Source of the DNA: Eledone cirrhosa
Taxonomy: Eukaryota
DNA length: 64,000 bases
Direction: 5' to 3'
Assembly: GCA_964016885.1 (NCBI GenBank)
Contig: OZ024743.1
Span: 158,596,001-158,660,000 of the forward strand
Every line of letters starts with the position of its first letter. The first letter of the stretch is position 1. Below, piece after piece: positions 49,327-63,200 of the stretch. A model generated the notes under the pieces. That model was not told where the DNA came from. It saw only the letters and a list, made by a program, of their open reading frames with translations, and did not search any database. A program made the translations under genes and the position numbers.

Positions 49327-51464
49327 TGCGTTCGCGTGCACTCACTCACTCACACACATACACGTGTAAATTGCAGTGGTAGATGAGCCATACCTCCACT
49401 TTATGTACGTGTTTGATGTACCATATAGCCTACTAGATAAGTTGTAATCTGGTTTTTCATGTTTTTGTGGGAAAGGATGTTGCTTATACATTAATATATA
49501 CTGTATATAACACAGCATTGGCCTCAAATAGGCTGTATATTTATGATGTTTATTTTGTGGAATATAATCTGCAAGACATGAGTATAATTAATTCAAGTTA
49601 ATCTTGAATTCTTTATTTTGTCTATTAGATATAGCTTTTTAACTGGTCTGTTACTCGATATTTATTTATCAAATTATATAATTTACCTAAAACATCAAAC
49701 ATAATATAAATAACTTATTCAACACACTTAATTCCATTAATAGAAATCAAATGTGCTATGGTTGTCCATTAGAAGCCTTTATCAACTCTACTCATTCAAA
49801 TGGTTTAGGGTCAACTTACATTTCTGGTACCTAATATATGTAAATATAAATCTTCAACATTCTAGCCGTGCCATCCCAGTTGTATTGTAGTTCATGCTGT
49901 CGGAAAATCTAGAACTTTAGGCCCGTGCTCTTCATTTTAAACTCAGTAGAGAATTTGTTATCCATTACACAATGCAAGATATGACACAGTCTATTATGAG
50001 TATGTAAACCTACTTAGTTTTGTTTTTAAGGTTGTTTTGTTTTAAAGCTTAAGTTACTGAGAGATCATCTGGAAATAGACTCTTTAAAGACTTAAGTCCA
50101 CTGTATGTGACTGGGTTACATCCTTTCACATAGTTACTTAACTTACAAGCAATATATTTCATAACCCAATGTGGAAACTTCTAAATCAAATATCCATCAA
50201 AGAACACTTTATTATCTTGAAACAAGAAATGACATTGGTTAATGTAGTCATATATACACTATGTATGTAAAAAACAATAGAATGGTCATGGCTGGTATAC
50301 CTTTGATCATAGGCCTGTTACTTGGCACTAAACAACAACAACAACAACATATCGTATTCCATACAAAATGTAATTTTGTTTTTTCAAAGAGCATTTCAGG
50401 TTAATTATACATTACTGCACACAACATATTTCAACCTATCCCATTTATTTATTACATATCACAACTGGTGAACAATAGTGTTGTTGGTTTCACTTCATTT
50501 CTGACAGCAAAGATAAGGGAATGTCTGCAGAAGAAATATCATAAGGTACTTCATTTGAAAACCAGTGGTCTTTCTGTTTTCTTGACAGGTATGCACATAT
50601 CATCATCATATAATGTCTGTTCTTCCTGCTAGCAAGGGTTGGATGAATCATCACAGACCAAGTCAGTATTTAATTGGAGTTACTGACCTATCAGATGAGC
50701 TACATTTTACCTACATACATTTCTCCACCCTCTATCTCTCTCTGTATAAAGTGTTCTAAGTGCATTTCATGGCTCCAGCTCTAATTTGTTATGCCTTTGA
50801 CACAGGTGAAGCATCCTCTCAACCCTTTGTTTGGCAAGTTTTCTACATCTGGATGTCTTTCTCATCACCAATCACTTTACAGAGTGTACTTGGTGCATTT
50901 CGTTATGTCACTAACACTAAAGAGGTTATCTTATCCTTGATGCAATTGAAGAATCCTCTCTCTATACATATATACATGTGTGTGTATAGATTCACACATA
51001 CACACTCTCTCCTCATGCAGACATACACACGCACACATATACAAGCACCCAGTTCACTCAGCAAAGTGGTTGTACAATAAAAATACCCAGTCCACCTTGT
51101 AAGATGGTTGGCATTAGGAAGAGCATCCATCCATAAAAAAAAACAAGCAAAAAATGGAGTATATGAACAAGATGTAGTCACTTGATCTCTATAGCCTCAT
51201 AACATGACATTCCACCTAGCCTATATAAGTATGGAAAATAGATGTTAAATGACAATAATGATGATGACATACCCGCATTTACACCCATTGGGCTTTCATA
51301 GTTTTCCATCTCAAGGTGCTTTGGTCAACTTGAAGCTGTGGTAGAAAACACTTGCTTGAGGTGCCTCATAGTTGATTATACCTGGAACCATGTAGTTATG
51401 AAGCAGGCTTCTCAACCACTAGGCCATATATGGTCTAGAGTTGATTGTACAAGTTGTGTATATA

Positions 51465-51710
51465 TAGGATCCGTACAACACATGCTAGGACAGCCCATCA
51501 TCTCCATCGATGGAAAATGAAATACAGCCCAGCATGTGACTGCAGTGACTCTGACCAGACTGATGTATGTTGTTCAGGATGACCCCCTCAGACGTATACC
51601 CAACGGCCTGGAGGCAATCCATAATACTACAAATGACGCCTTTGTCTGGCTCACCAATCTGAATCTGTCTCTCTAACCATTGTGCATATGTCATAGGACA
51701 AGAAGTAGAA
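51465..51710 (+). mobile_element. Ingi/Vingi-like LINE 3' fragment
   Basis: RIRTTHARTAHHLHRWKMKYSPACDCSDSDQT...PLRRIPNGLEAIHNTTNDAFVWLTNLNLSL*, followed by CATAGGACAAGAAGTAGAA. Confidence 0.65.
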
Positions 51711-54700
51711 ACTCTGGAGTTTGCATCTTTATTGATCAGGCTAAGCTACTTCATAGAAGCTTCTTCACATTACTGGTTTTTGAGTGTACTTAGATTTGGC
51801 AATTGTAGGTACATTTTGTAGTGTTTGGTGGTTGCTGCTGTTTAACCGTAGACCATCCCTGATAGAGCAGATCTATCATTAAAAATCTTTCAGCCATGAC
51901 CACCTGGCCTTTCTCTAAGCGCATTGCATACCATAGCTTTATCCAATGTCACCTATTTTAATTGAACATGCTTAAAGGTGTTCTGGTCATGAACCTTCCA
52001 TTTTAAAAAATATAAATGACTTGGATATGCAATGAAAATGTGAAAGAAACGCAGAGCTTGGATGAATTGAGGGAGAAACTGGGTTTAAGAGGAATCTGAG
52101 TTGGTGTGCAGGAGATGACAAAGAAATGCAGTGAGTGGAGAGATGCTGTGCTAAGAAGGACCTGTCCAACCCATGCGAGTATGGAAAAATGGATGTAAAA
52201 ACGATGATGATGATGTCGACTGTATAGTTAGATATATATTTTTTTTTGAAAAGGGTAGGGCATGATTTAAGAGAGACTTGACTGCTATTTCTAGAAGATC
52301 GGGCAACTTTGTAGAGGCTCTCTTATTAATTGGTATTCTCTTATTATTTACAGTATTTGATATTATAAGATGTATATATAAACACATATGCTACATCTAC
52401 ACATATTAACTGCATATAGAACAGTATGTGAGCGTGTAGTATATTTATGCATGAGAGCATATATATATATATGTATATATATATATATTAGTGTGTTGTT
52501 AGTTAATAGTAATATGTGTAGTTGGCAGATATGTCTGCTGTTAGCAGGTGGAGGTGCACACCATGAGTATGCAGTAGTTTTCTGGAGCATGTGCAATTAG
52601 CAGAGGAGTGTGCAGCATTAGTAGCAGTGTGGATGTGGTTTTTGTGCATGTAATTTAATAATTATAGTATAGTTGTTGTTTTGTTGATCCTGTAAACTGA
52701 ATAGTCCTTTGATCATTTGTTTTTAAAGTCAGTAAGGTGTGATTTGTGGGAAATTTGACTGCTATTTCTAACAGCTTCAGCAACCACATAGAACTTCCCT
52801 CCATTGTGTTATTTAATGCAATTAATGACAAATGCAAATGTAAGTTCATCTGAGCAAAAGGAAATGTATTTCATGTCAATTCTGCACTACCATCATCATC
52901 AACTATTTCCACCACTGTTTATCATTACTTCTACTCCTTACCACGACCTTCATGGCATTTATCTCCATTACGATTGCACCATTTCATTGGTTACCTCCAC
53001 AACATCTCACCATCACCCCAACACCTCTCACATACAAATACTATTATCCCATCAACATTTAGGTATAATATAATATGAATTTAGTGATGGCACTAACACA
53101 GTATGATTCAAAATAAAAGTGTATATAAATCCATATACTAGCCAAAATGTGCACTATAAGCAAATGATCCTTCACCAAAGATTGTTAATTTACAAAATTT
53201 ATCGAACAATGTCGTCTTTTTATACCTCAGAATCTGGGTGTAAGTGAGTGCTGATGAACTGTAACAACATTCAAGTGCATCCATACACTTCTCTTACACC
53301 AATTCTGAGGTAGCTGTGATATGATCACAGCTAGACTAAATTTATTATTTTATATGTAAACATATTGTATATGGATCCACATGCCTTTTTTTGTTTAATT
53401 AATCATAGCACTATGTATTTTGGATTTTAGAATAGATACATCATATCACTGTGTATCATAAGAGGTAACTAAAAGTGTTAGTGTCAGGAAGGGTAACTGG
53501 CTGGAAAACATTGCCTCAAAAAGTCCCTTTCATCATGAAAAAGGGACATAAAAATGATAGCGATGAGGAAGATAAGGTGCCATATCCATGGTTACTCATA
53601 GCCCTCGATGTATTGCTATTCTAATACACTGATACCTTTTTTAGAAAGTGGTCCAGGAAATTGAGGAAAACTTCATGAATTTTTTTCTAATTGCATTTTC
53701 CAACACAATAGGACATAAAACGTTTCATGGCCAATCAAAACTGGTCCATGTTATGAATCACTGCTCTAGTAATTTAGTAATTATAACAATATCGTCTGAG
53801 TAACATCCTGCAATCATACTGCCTGCTTCAAGGCCTTGCTAAAATATCACATCTATTTAATTCCTTAAACAATCCATCACTCATGGTATAGTTGAAATAA
53901 TTACATAAATTTCATCTAGAAGACTAGTTATTTCATTAAACCTTTCATGAAGACTAGTTATTTCATTAAATGTTTCATAATCAAAGTAGTGTATATCTTT
54001 TTTTAATGATATTACTGAGATTACAACCTGTTGTTACTCTTGAGTTTTGCTGTTACTCTGATCTTGCAAATGAATTTTACATGGCAGTATATATATATCA
54101 AATATTGTAGGAGTAAGCTTTGCCTCCACCCTCTCTCTCTACATGAACAATAAGCATTGTTAGTTGTAGATTTCCATTGTAGATCACTAACACTAGAGAG
54201 GTTGTCATACCCTTAACAAAACTGAAAAGTCCTTTCAACCCAAATTTGGCATGGTTTCTATAGTAGGATGCCCAGCAATAGAGAAGTGTACAAGCTTAAT
54301 GTCACTTCCATCTCAATTTTGCCCACACTCTTGTTTCAACTAATTTGAAACTGAGTGAATGAAAGTGAGGTGAGAAGCCGAAATGTGTGATGTCTGATTG
54401 AGTATCCTCTGCCTCTGGGTCCTGGCCGACATGATGGAGAATACTGTGCCCTTTTGGTAATTCAAATATGAAGGCAGAATGTTCTTGTTAGAAAATATTT
54501 ACAAAATATTTACGGCTGTAGTTGGTATTTAATCAACCTCAGTCATTACAGAGAATTATTTGATCAACCTTCAACCTCTTCTGTTCTAAAAGGACGAAAG
54601 CAAAGTTGATCTCTGTAGGATTTGAGATCAAGGTTTAAACACAGGACATATTAGTTCTTGGCACTCTACCAATTCTGTCATTCACAAATCACAACAGTTT

Positions 54701-55365
54701 CTAATATAAGAGTAAGCCCATTATTGTCTAGTTCAGAAGGATGAAATCAAATTTGACCTTGGAGAGATTTGAACACAGGACATAAAAAATTGTAACTAGA
54801 TACTGCTCTAATGATTCTGGCAATCCACTACCCTCAATGATGATGATGGTGATGATAATTATGATGATATTGCTGACGATGGAGCACAAAGCTTAGGATT
54901 GTGAAGGAGTGAACAGTTGATTAATTCATCCCCAGTTGACTGAATGCCCATGAGTCAACAAGGGAATCCCTATGAACTTATTTCACTTGAAATAACTACC
55001 AATTCTCCCTTAAGTCACACCATACCATCCTAAAAATAGAGTACACATTGGATAGATTGATGATGGAATGATCATGGCTGGATTGCCTTTGATCATTGGT
55101 TTGCTCAAAGCTCATTCAACATCAGCTTCTACTGTTTTACTGAATGTGAGATAAAAGACAAATTCTACCTCAGCAGGATTTGAAATCAGAAAATAAAAGG
55201 CTGTAAATAAAACCATTAGCAAGACTAACTTTTTATTAATTTTGTCATCCACTGCCTCCTCCCTGTTTACTTAACATTATTCCTATTATTTAACGACACC
55301 CAATAATATTTTAATTACATAATACCAGATGTAATAGACATTGACTCTGATGTTATTGTTATAAC

Positions 55366-55546
55366 TGTTTCTACTTTAGGCACAAGGCCAGCAATTACCC
55401 AGTGCATTACTGGTACTTTATTCTATCGACCCCGTAAGGATGAAAGGCAAAGTCAACCTCGGCGGGATTTGAACTCAGATCGTAAAGGGACGTAACTATG
55501 CTGGAAAGCATGGCATCCGACCCTCTACCGATACTGCCAATCCACC
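55366..55546 (-). mobile_element. Young SINE family A
   Basis: 15-bp TSD TGTTATTGTTATAAC. Confidence 0.9.
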
Positions 55547-57017
55547 TGTTATTGTTATAACAGTTGCTGATATTTTAATTGTCAGATCAACCTTGATTGA
55601 ACAGAGTTAGGATTAAAGCATTTCTAGTGTTGAACATCCTGTTTAGGTCTACATTATCTAAAGTACTCACCCTTTATTTAAGAAGATAGGAGTGTCTTTT
55701 TTCAGATTATGTGGGACATTATCTACTTTCCTGACCCAAGATGGTAGATTATGATTTGAGGGAGAATTGGCAGTAATTTCAAGTGAAGTAAGTTTATAGA
55801 TTGCCTCAATGACTCATAGGCATTCAGTCAACTGGGGATGACTTAATCAACTGTTCACTCTTATCTCCTTAAATAAAAGAGATGCTACTGTTATTTCTAG
55901 CAGGTTGATTGACCATGAGGAGGCTCTTTACTGTTAGTTAGATGATGATAATGACTGAATAAAGTATTGCACTTCCAACTCATATCTCTTGAGTGCAAAT
56001 CAACATCTAGTATTTCATTGTATATCAAAATATTTTATTCTTTATATTTTCTCACTCATTACCTAGCTATAGGGGTATAAACAACTGATATAATGAGAAA
56101 AAAATCATTTATCTATTTCAAGGAGGGACCCATATTATCAGTGAATGGATTAGTGTCAGGACACCTCACTAGCCAACTTGCTTTACAGACAAACTGGTGC
56201 TTTATATATTTGTTTCTACTTTAGGCACAAGGCCAGCAAATACCCAGTTCATTACTGGTACTTTATTTTATCGACCCCAGACAGTCATCTATCTTTATAC
56301 ATACTGGTGCAAGTATGTATGTACAATGCACATACATGAGTTAAGTAATGTTGTTGACATTAAAAGACTGTTTGTCAGGACACATCATGGTTTTATCATA
56401 CATACACATACATCCACAAACAAATATATATACACACACACACCTCTTTAATACGGCAGACATATAGATCATTAACTGTTGTTCTTGTTTAACCATAGGT
56501 TAGCCATGATTGAACAGGTTTATGATCAAGCACATCCTGTCTTTCTCAGATTATGTAGGACATTATCTACTGACTCCTTTCCTTACCCAAGATGGTAGAT
56601 TATGATTTCAGAGAGACTTGGCTGCTATTTCTAGCAGGTTGTGCGACAACATAAAGGCTCCTTCACTGCTTGTGACTTCCTCATTGGCTTAGGTCATAGA
56701 CAGTATTAAAACACACAACAGTTATAGAAGAAACCAAAAATATAAAGCACACACACACACACACACATTTAATATTTTATGTTTTATTTTATTTTAAAAT
56801 CTTCATAATAGTTGATTGTGAATCGTTTTAGATTATTTTATGAACTTATGAAACAAATAATAACAGATGATTAAATCCTCTTCACTGTTTATCCTAATAG
56901 TGGCCAGATATTCTTCTGGTAGGTTAGGAGTTAAGTGAAGTGACTTGCTTTAGCTTGCAATCTTATGCAATTACATTCTGTTGTCACTTAAACAATCCAG
57001 TCATTATTTATGTTGTT

Positions 57018-57195
57018 GGATTGGCAGTATCGGTAGAGAGTTGGACGCCATGCTTTCCAGCATAGTTACGTCCCTTTACGGTCTGAGTTCAAATCCCGTC
57101 GAGGTTAACTTTGCCTTTCATCCTTACGGGGTCGATAAAATAAAGTACCAGTAATGTACTGGGTAATTGCTGGCCTTGTGCCTAAAGTAGAAACA
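57018..57195 (+). mobile_element. Young SINE family A
   Basis: 15-bp TSD ATTATTTATGTTGTT. Confidence 0.9.
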
Positions 57196-58129
57196 ATTAT
57201 TTATGTTGTTTTTCACAGCTTGTTATTACTGTTTACAGTGCTTGCTGGCATCATTGTTGTTGTTGCTTTTGTGACAGTAGTTGTTGTTGTTATAAGCCCA
57301 ACCCAGGACAGACTTTGTCAATGAGATCTATGATCAAAGATGTTCCAGCAGTGAAGTACATCATCAGACATAGAATGTCTAAGACTACATCATTTAATGT
57401 GTGCTAGCTTTTAATAAAATTAATAGTAGCAGTATTGCATTGTATCATAAGCCCCTTCGGTCACTAGTGACCATAGTTTTGCACCTAGAATGTTCCTCTC
57501 CAAGGCACAAGCCTTGGCAAGGTATGATTGTAGAAGACCAGCAGTCACCCATGCATATCAGTCTCCCCTCTCTACGCTACTGATATTGTCCAATGGAAAG
57601 GCAATGGCTTATGATACAACTTGGCATCAGTGACATCGCAACTCATTTCTGCAGCTGAGTAAACTGGAGCAACGTGAAATAAAGTGTCTTGCTCAAATAT
57701 ACAACACATCACTCAGTCTGAGAATTGAACTCTCAACCTCCTGATTGCAAACCCAACTCTCTAACCACAAAGCCATATGTGTTCACTATAGTAGCAGTAG
57801 TTAGTTTTTTAGTTAGTAAGTTGTTGTTGTTGCTAGTAGTAGTAGAAGTAGTAGTAGTAATGGCTGTTCTTGTTTAGCCTAGGTCAGCCTTGAATGATGA
57901 ATGAGTTGCAGCTTTGAGCATCCTTATCTTTTTGGGGGAATAGTGTTCCCACTACCATATACAATACACAGTGTCTCCTGCTTTAAAACAGTAGTGTGTG
58001 CTTTATTGAAGATTTAACTATTGTTTCTAGCTATTTCTCAGAAGTCAAGTAACAACTTAGATGCTCCTTAATTGTAGTATTGATAGTGGTTCTATATGTG
58101 CTTCTGAATCTGGTTTCAGATGTGAGTTG

Positions 58130-58915
58130 GTTATTGTTAGTGTTGGTGTTGCATGTGTGCTTGTGATATTGGTGTTACTTATGATGTTGTTGTTGCTTGT
58201 GTGGTTGGTGTTGGTTGGGCTGTTGGTGTTGGTTATGTTGTTTGTGTTGTTATTGTTGGTTGTGTTGTTGGTGTTGGATTTGGTTGTGTTGTTGATGTTA
58301 CTTGTGTGATTGTGATGTTGGTGTTGCTTGTGTTGTTTGTGTTGGTTATGTTGTTGATGTTGGTTGTGTTGTTGATGTTGGTTGTGTGGTTGGTGTTGCT
58401 TGTGTTGGTTATGTTGTTGATGTTGGTTGTGTTGTTGATGTTGGTTGTATTGTTGGTGTTGGTTGTGTTGTTGGTGTTGGTTGTGTTGTTGGTGTTGGTT
58501 GTGTTGTTGGTGTTGGTTGTGTTGTTGGTGTTGGTTGTGTTGTTGGTATTGGTGGTGGTGTTGGTTGTGTTGTTGGTGTTGGTTGTGTTGTCGTTGGTGT
58601 TGGTTGTGTTGTTGGTGTTGGTTGTGATGTTGGTGTTGGTTGTGATGTTGGTGTTGGTTGTGATTTTGGTGTTGGTTGTGATTTTGGTGTTGGTTGTGAT
58701 GTTGGTGTTGGTTGTGATGTTGGTGTAACTTGTGTTGGTGTTGGTTGTGCTGTTGGTGTTGGTTGTGTTGTTGATATTGGTTATTGTGCTGTTGTTGTTG
58801 GTTGTGTTGTCGATGTTGGTTGTGTTGTTCGTTGTGCTGGTGGTGTTGGTTGTGATGTTGTTGTTGGTTGTGTTATTGGTGTTACTCGTTGTGTTGTTGG
58901 TGTTGGTTATGATGT
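58130..58915. repeat. GT-rich minisatellite, 15-bp unit GTTGGTGTTGGTTGT
   Basis: Direct inspection; explains the spurious LVLVV, VGCVV and TNTNN ORFs. Confidence 0.95.
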
Positions 58916-59217
58916 TGAAACTATATAAGCAGAACAAAAAAAAAAATATATATATCAATGAACATTATTAAACAGTTGAAATATTTTACTTATCACACTC
59001 AATTTTCAAAGGAAAATAATTGTATATAAAAAAGGAAACAAACAAAAGATGGCCACCATGCAGCAGATCCACTTTTTGCAAGTTCTACACCACCTCTTAC
59101 CTCAGTGTCTCATCCCTACCCCTCAGGTTTCACCCATTCTACTTATCACACATTGCCCCTTTCCCCACAATCTCAATGTGGTTTTCATCATTTTTCTTCT
59201 AACCATTACCTTGGCAG

Positions 59218-59259
59218 GCGCTGAAAGACAGGGAACAGAATCACTCACCATATATTGAG
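59218..59259 (+). CDS. 42-nt coding exon G (ALKDREQNHSPYIE)
   Basis: Branch-like CTAAC plus TTACCTTGGCAG acceptor and GAG|GTAAGG donor; phase 0 to 0, continuing LLKK-ALKDRE. Confidence 0.7.
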
Positions 59260-60062
59260 GTAAGGTAGTCAGAAGAATTAAAACAAAACAAAAGAAAACA
59301 AGCAGAACAGGAAAATTAGAAAATATTCTGTTAATACTACCACTAATAATGATAATTGTTCTAACATAATCACAAATGCAGAAATCTTGGGAGAGGAGCT
59401 AGTTGATTAAATGGAGCCAAGAACTTGTTTCTAATTTAGGGACAGGAACAGCAGTTTTTCTTTTTTTTGAGGGGGAATGTTGATTAGATCAACCTCGGTA
59501 CATGACTGGTACTTTAATTTATCGACTCTAGAAGGATGAAAGGCGAAGTTGACATAGGAGAAATTTGAACTCAGACTGTAAAGAGCAAGAATATTGCAAG
59601 ACATTTTGTTGAAAACTCTTATAAAGAATAATAATAATAATGATAATAATAATAGTAGCAGTAGTAGTAGTAATGGTGTAACTAATGGTTTACAGGCTTA
59701 TGGCTTTGTGGTTTGAGCATTGGGCTTGCAATTGGGAGTTGTGAGTTTGATTCTTGGACTGTGTGATGTGTTGTGTCCTTGAGCAAGATACTTTATTTTA
59801 CGTTTCTCCAGTTCACTCAGCTGTAGAAATGAGTTGCGATGTCATTGGTGCTAATCTGTATTGGCCATTGTGTTTTCCTAGGGCAACATCGGTGGCATAA
59901 ATAGGAGAGACTGGCATACATGGGCGACTGTTGGTCTTCCACACACACACACACACACACCTTGCCTAGGCTTGTGTCTTGGAGGGGAATTTTCCAGGTA
60001 CAAAACCATGGTCATTCGTGACCGATGCGGAGCTATGATATGATAGTAGTAATGGTAGTAAT

Positions 60063-60248
60063 AATTGTTTCTACTTTTGGCACAAGGCCAGCAATTACCC
60101 AGTGCATTACTGGTACTTTATTTTATCGACCCCTTAAGGAAGAAAGGCAAAGTTAACCTTGGCGGGATTTCAACTCAGAATGGCAAGGGCCGTAATTCTA
60201 TGCTAGAAAGTATAGCGTCCTACCCTCTACCGATACTGCCAATCCACC
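60063..60248 (-). mobile_element. SINE family A
   Basis: Reverse-complement match to 57018-57195. Confidence 0.85.
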
Positions 60249-63200
60249 TCTGGCATAGTCATAAGGCCTCAGGTTTAGAGTTTGGCATTTCCTTTCTGTG
60301 CTATCAAGTTGACAAACAACTCCTGCTGACTTCCTTGACAATTGCTATGTGTTTGACATTGAATTAGTATGGAAGAATATAAAGGTGGTTTTCCCTTTTG
60401 CCTTCCTTTGCATAATGTTTTTACAAGACATCATCTTACTAGTTAGATACATATAAGTTTGTCACACACACATACCTGGGCTCTACATTTTGTCCACTGC
60501 TCTTACAACTCAGCCAATCTGCAGCCCTGGATGGGTACTTTATTTTATCGACGCTGGTAGAATGAAAGGCAAACTTGATTGTATTGGGATTTGAAATGAA
60601 AATGTAAAGAGTTGGAACAAATAACCCAAGACATTTTGTCCAATATTCTAACAATTCATTGTCTGACTGCAGTACTTAGCTAGTAGTATATTTTATCAGC
60701 TCTGTTGCTTTATTGTCCTGCTAATTCACTATCCTAATATTAAAACTAATAAAGGTATTCAACATTTTGGAGAGAAGGAATCTATTAAATGTATTGACTC
60801 CAGTACTTGACTGCTATTTTATTTGTTCACCACTTGCATGGATGAAAGACAAAGGTGACTTCGGCAGGATTTGAATTCAGATAAAAGAGGCATAATTAGA
60901 TAATGAAATATATAGCATAAAATATAACAGTCTACTAATAACATTCTATCATTTTTAATTATAAGAATTTATACAGGCACAGGGCTCAGTTTTTGGATGG
61001 TGCAATCAGTTGATTACTCCAGTAGTTTGTTTTAATCAATCTTAAAAGGATAAAAAGAACAACAATAATAATGTTTCTATTGTTGGCACAAGGCCAGCAG
61101 TTTGAAGAGAAGGGGAAAGTTATTAAATTGACTCCAGTAGATTACTGGTACTTTATTTTATTGATCCAGAATATAAAGGGCCATAATTAGATACTGCAAA
61201 GCATTTTGTCTGACATCCTAACGATTTTGTTAATCCAACAATAATAATAAAATTATACAGAGAAAATAAGTGAACAACAATAACAATAGAGGAGAATATA
61301 TAAAGAATTAAATACGAAACTAGTTAGGAAGGGCATAGCATGGGATTTCTTCTACTCTTGTCTGCAAGTCTTGCTGTTAATGCACACCTGGTACTGAGGG
61401 CAGGTGTATTGATTGCACATTTTGTTTTGTTTTTATTTTTTCACCCCTTCCTCTTTTTCTTCTTTATTATTGTTTCATTTTTTCCCCATGTTTATTACTC
61501 ACCTTAGAATGTTTGCATGAGCTAATATTGAAACTTGGACCTTTCCATTCAAACAACCAACCAACCATTCAAGCTACAAAAAAACTTTCATGGTTACTAT
61601 TAGTGGTCTTTCTATTGTCTGCATTGGTTTATCTTATCCCTCCTTCATTTTACTATATTGCTCTCTCTCTCACCCCTCCCGACCTCTCTCTCACCCCTCC
61701 CCATCTCTCTTTATCCCCTGCTTCTCTCTTCATCTCCCACCAATCTTGCTCCATCTTCCACCACTATCTCTCTCTTCTTCCCCCCATCTCTTTGCATCTC
61801 TTCTTTTGAGTCCTTCTTTCTGTCTAATGCACCTTTCAAATTATATCATGACTTGCCTCCCACCTTTCATCTCATCTTGAAATGTGTTTATATGTGTATG
61901 TGCACTTGAGGTGTACAGTATGATTGTGCATGCATAAACATACACATATATACATATGCATACACACACACACACACACATGCATGCACGTGTCTGTGTT
62001 TGTATGTTAATATAGGATAAATTATGTTATAACTAATGTTATTAAAATACAAAATAATTGACAATATTTGAGGAATTGTATTTCAATGGATCTGCAGACT
62101 TAATGTGTGAGAATGACAAAGGATGGATTAACTGGGGGAGAAATTGGGTATAAGAGGAATCATAAGTAGTGTGCAGGAGAGGAGACTGCATTGGTATGGA
62201 CATGTGATGTGCATGGATGTTGATTGCAGGGTGAAGAGGTGCTAAATAATTCCAATGGAAGGAAGCAGCATTAGAGGAAGACCAAGGAAGACATGGATAG
62301 AAGTAGTGAGAGCTGATCTCAGATCACTAAAGCTCACAAAGGAGAGGACAAAGGAATGTGAGAAGTGGAGAGATACTGTACTAAGAAGGTCTGTCCAACC
62401 CATGCAAGTGTGGAACAACATGTAAAATGATGATGATGTGTGTGTATATAGGTATACATGCATACACACACACGCACACATCATTTTACATTTGCTTTAT
62501 GTGATAACATGGGTAGGACACATTTATGATTCTGAAGAACAAAAAGGAAAAACTATAGTTAGTGTTATATTTACCACTCCTGAATAATTATATCTATATT
62601 GCTCTTCAAATTGTATTGAGTTCTGTGTTTGTTGTTTGAACTGAAACACACACATATGCATGTGCGCTCACACACACATAATCATCACCGTTATCATGTA
62701 TTGTCCATTTTTTCTTGCTGACCTACATATGTTTCAGTTTTGGTATGATCTCTATCATTGCAAGACATATACTGTTTTACAGATTACAAACATTATCTGA
62801 CAGTAGCTCAACAAATTCAATGTAACATTTAAAAAGGGTACAGGCACACACATGCAGGCAGACAGACTGACACACACACACATGAGCAAACACTGTGTGT
62901 TTTTTTTTTATGTACTTTCATCTCATAAGCAAGATGTAGGAGTATCTGGTGTATATTACATGAGGTAACTAAAATTACGACCTTATAAAGGTTACTTGCA
63001 TCCTTCCTCCTACTGAGAATATTGTATGCACTAAATAACTTCTGCAACACATACTCTAATCTCTGATAATGACCTGGCTACTCTCATTGATCTCTACAAC
63101 CTCATTTATATATCCTATTCTCTCCCTGCTTAGATTGACAACTTAGTATCTCCCATATTCCACATTTTCCCTCTACAAGCAATAACTGTTAAACTAAAAT

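Noticed and set aside
50508-50545. Possible extra exon (CAG...AAG|GTACT)
   Set aside because: The required phase-0 frame has an immediate TAA.
58061-58971. Hydrophobic, Cys-rich or Asn/Thr-rich repeat ORFs
   Set aside because: A 15-bp GT minisatellite open in several frames, with no splice or codon evidence.
59205-59240. Minus-strand 11-nt microexon-like signal (CAG|CGCCTGCCAAG|GTAATG)
   Set aside because: Overlaps the better-supported + strand exon G, and no other minus-strand exons were found.
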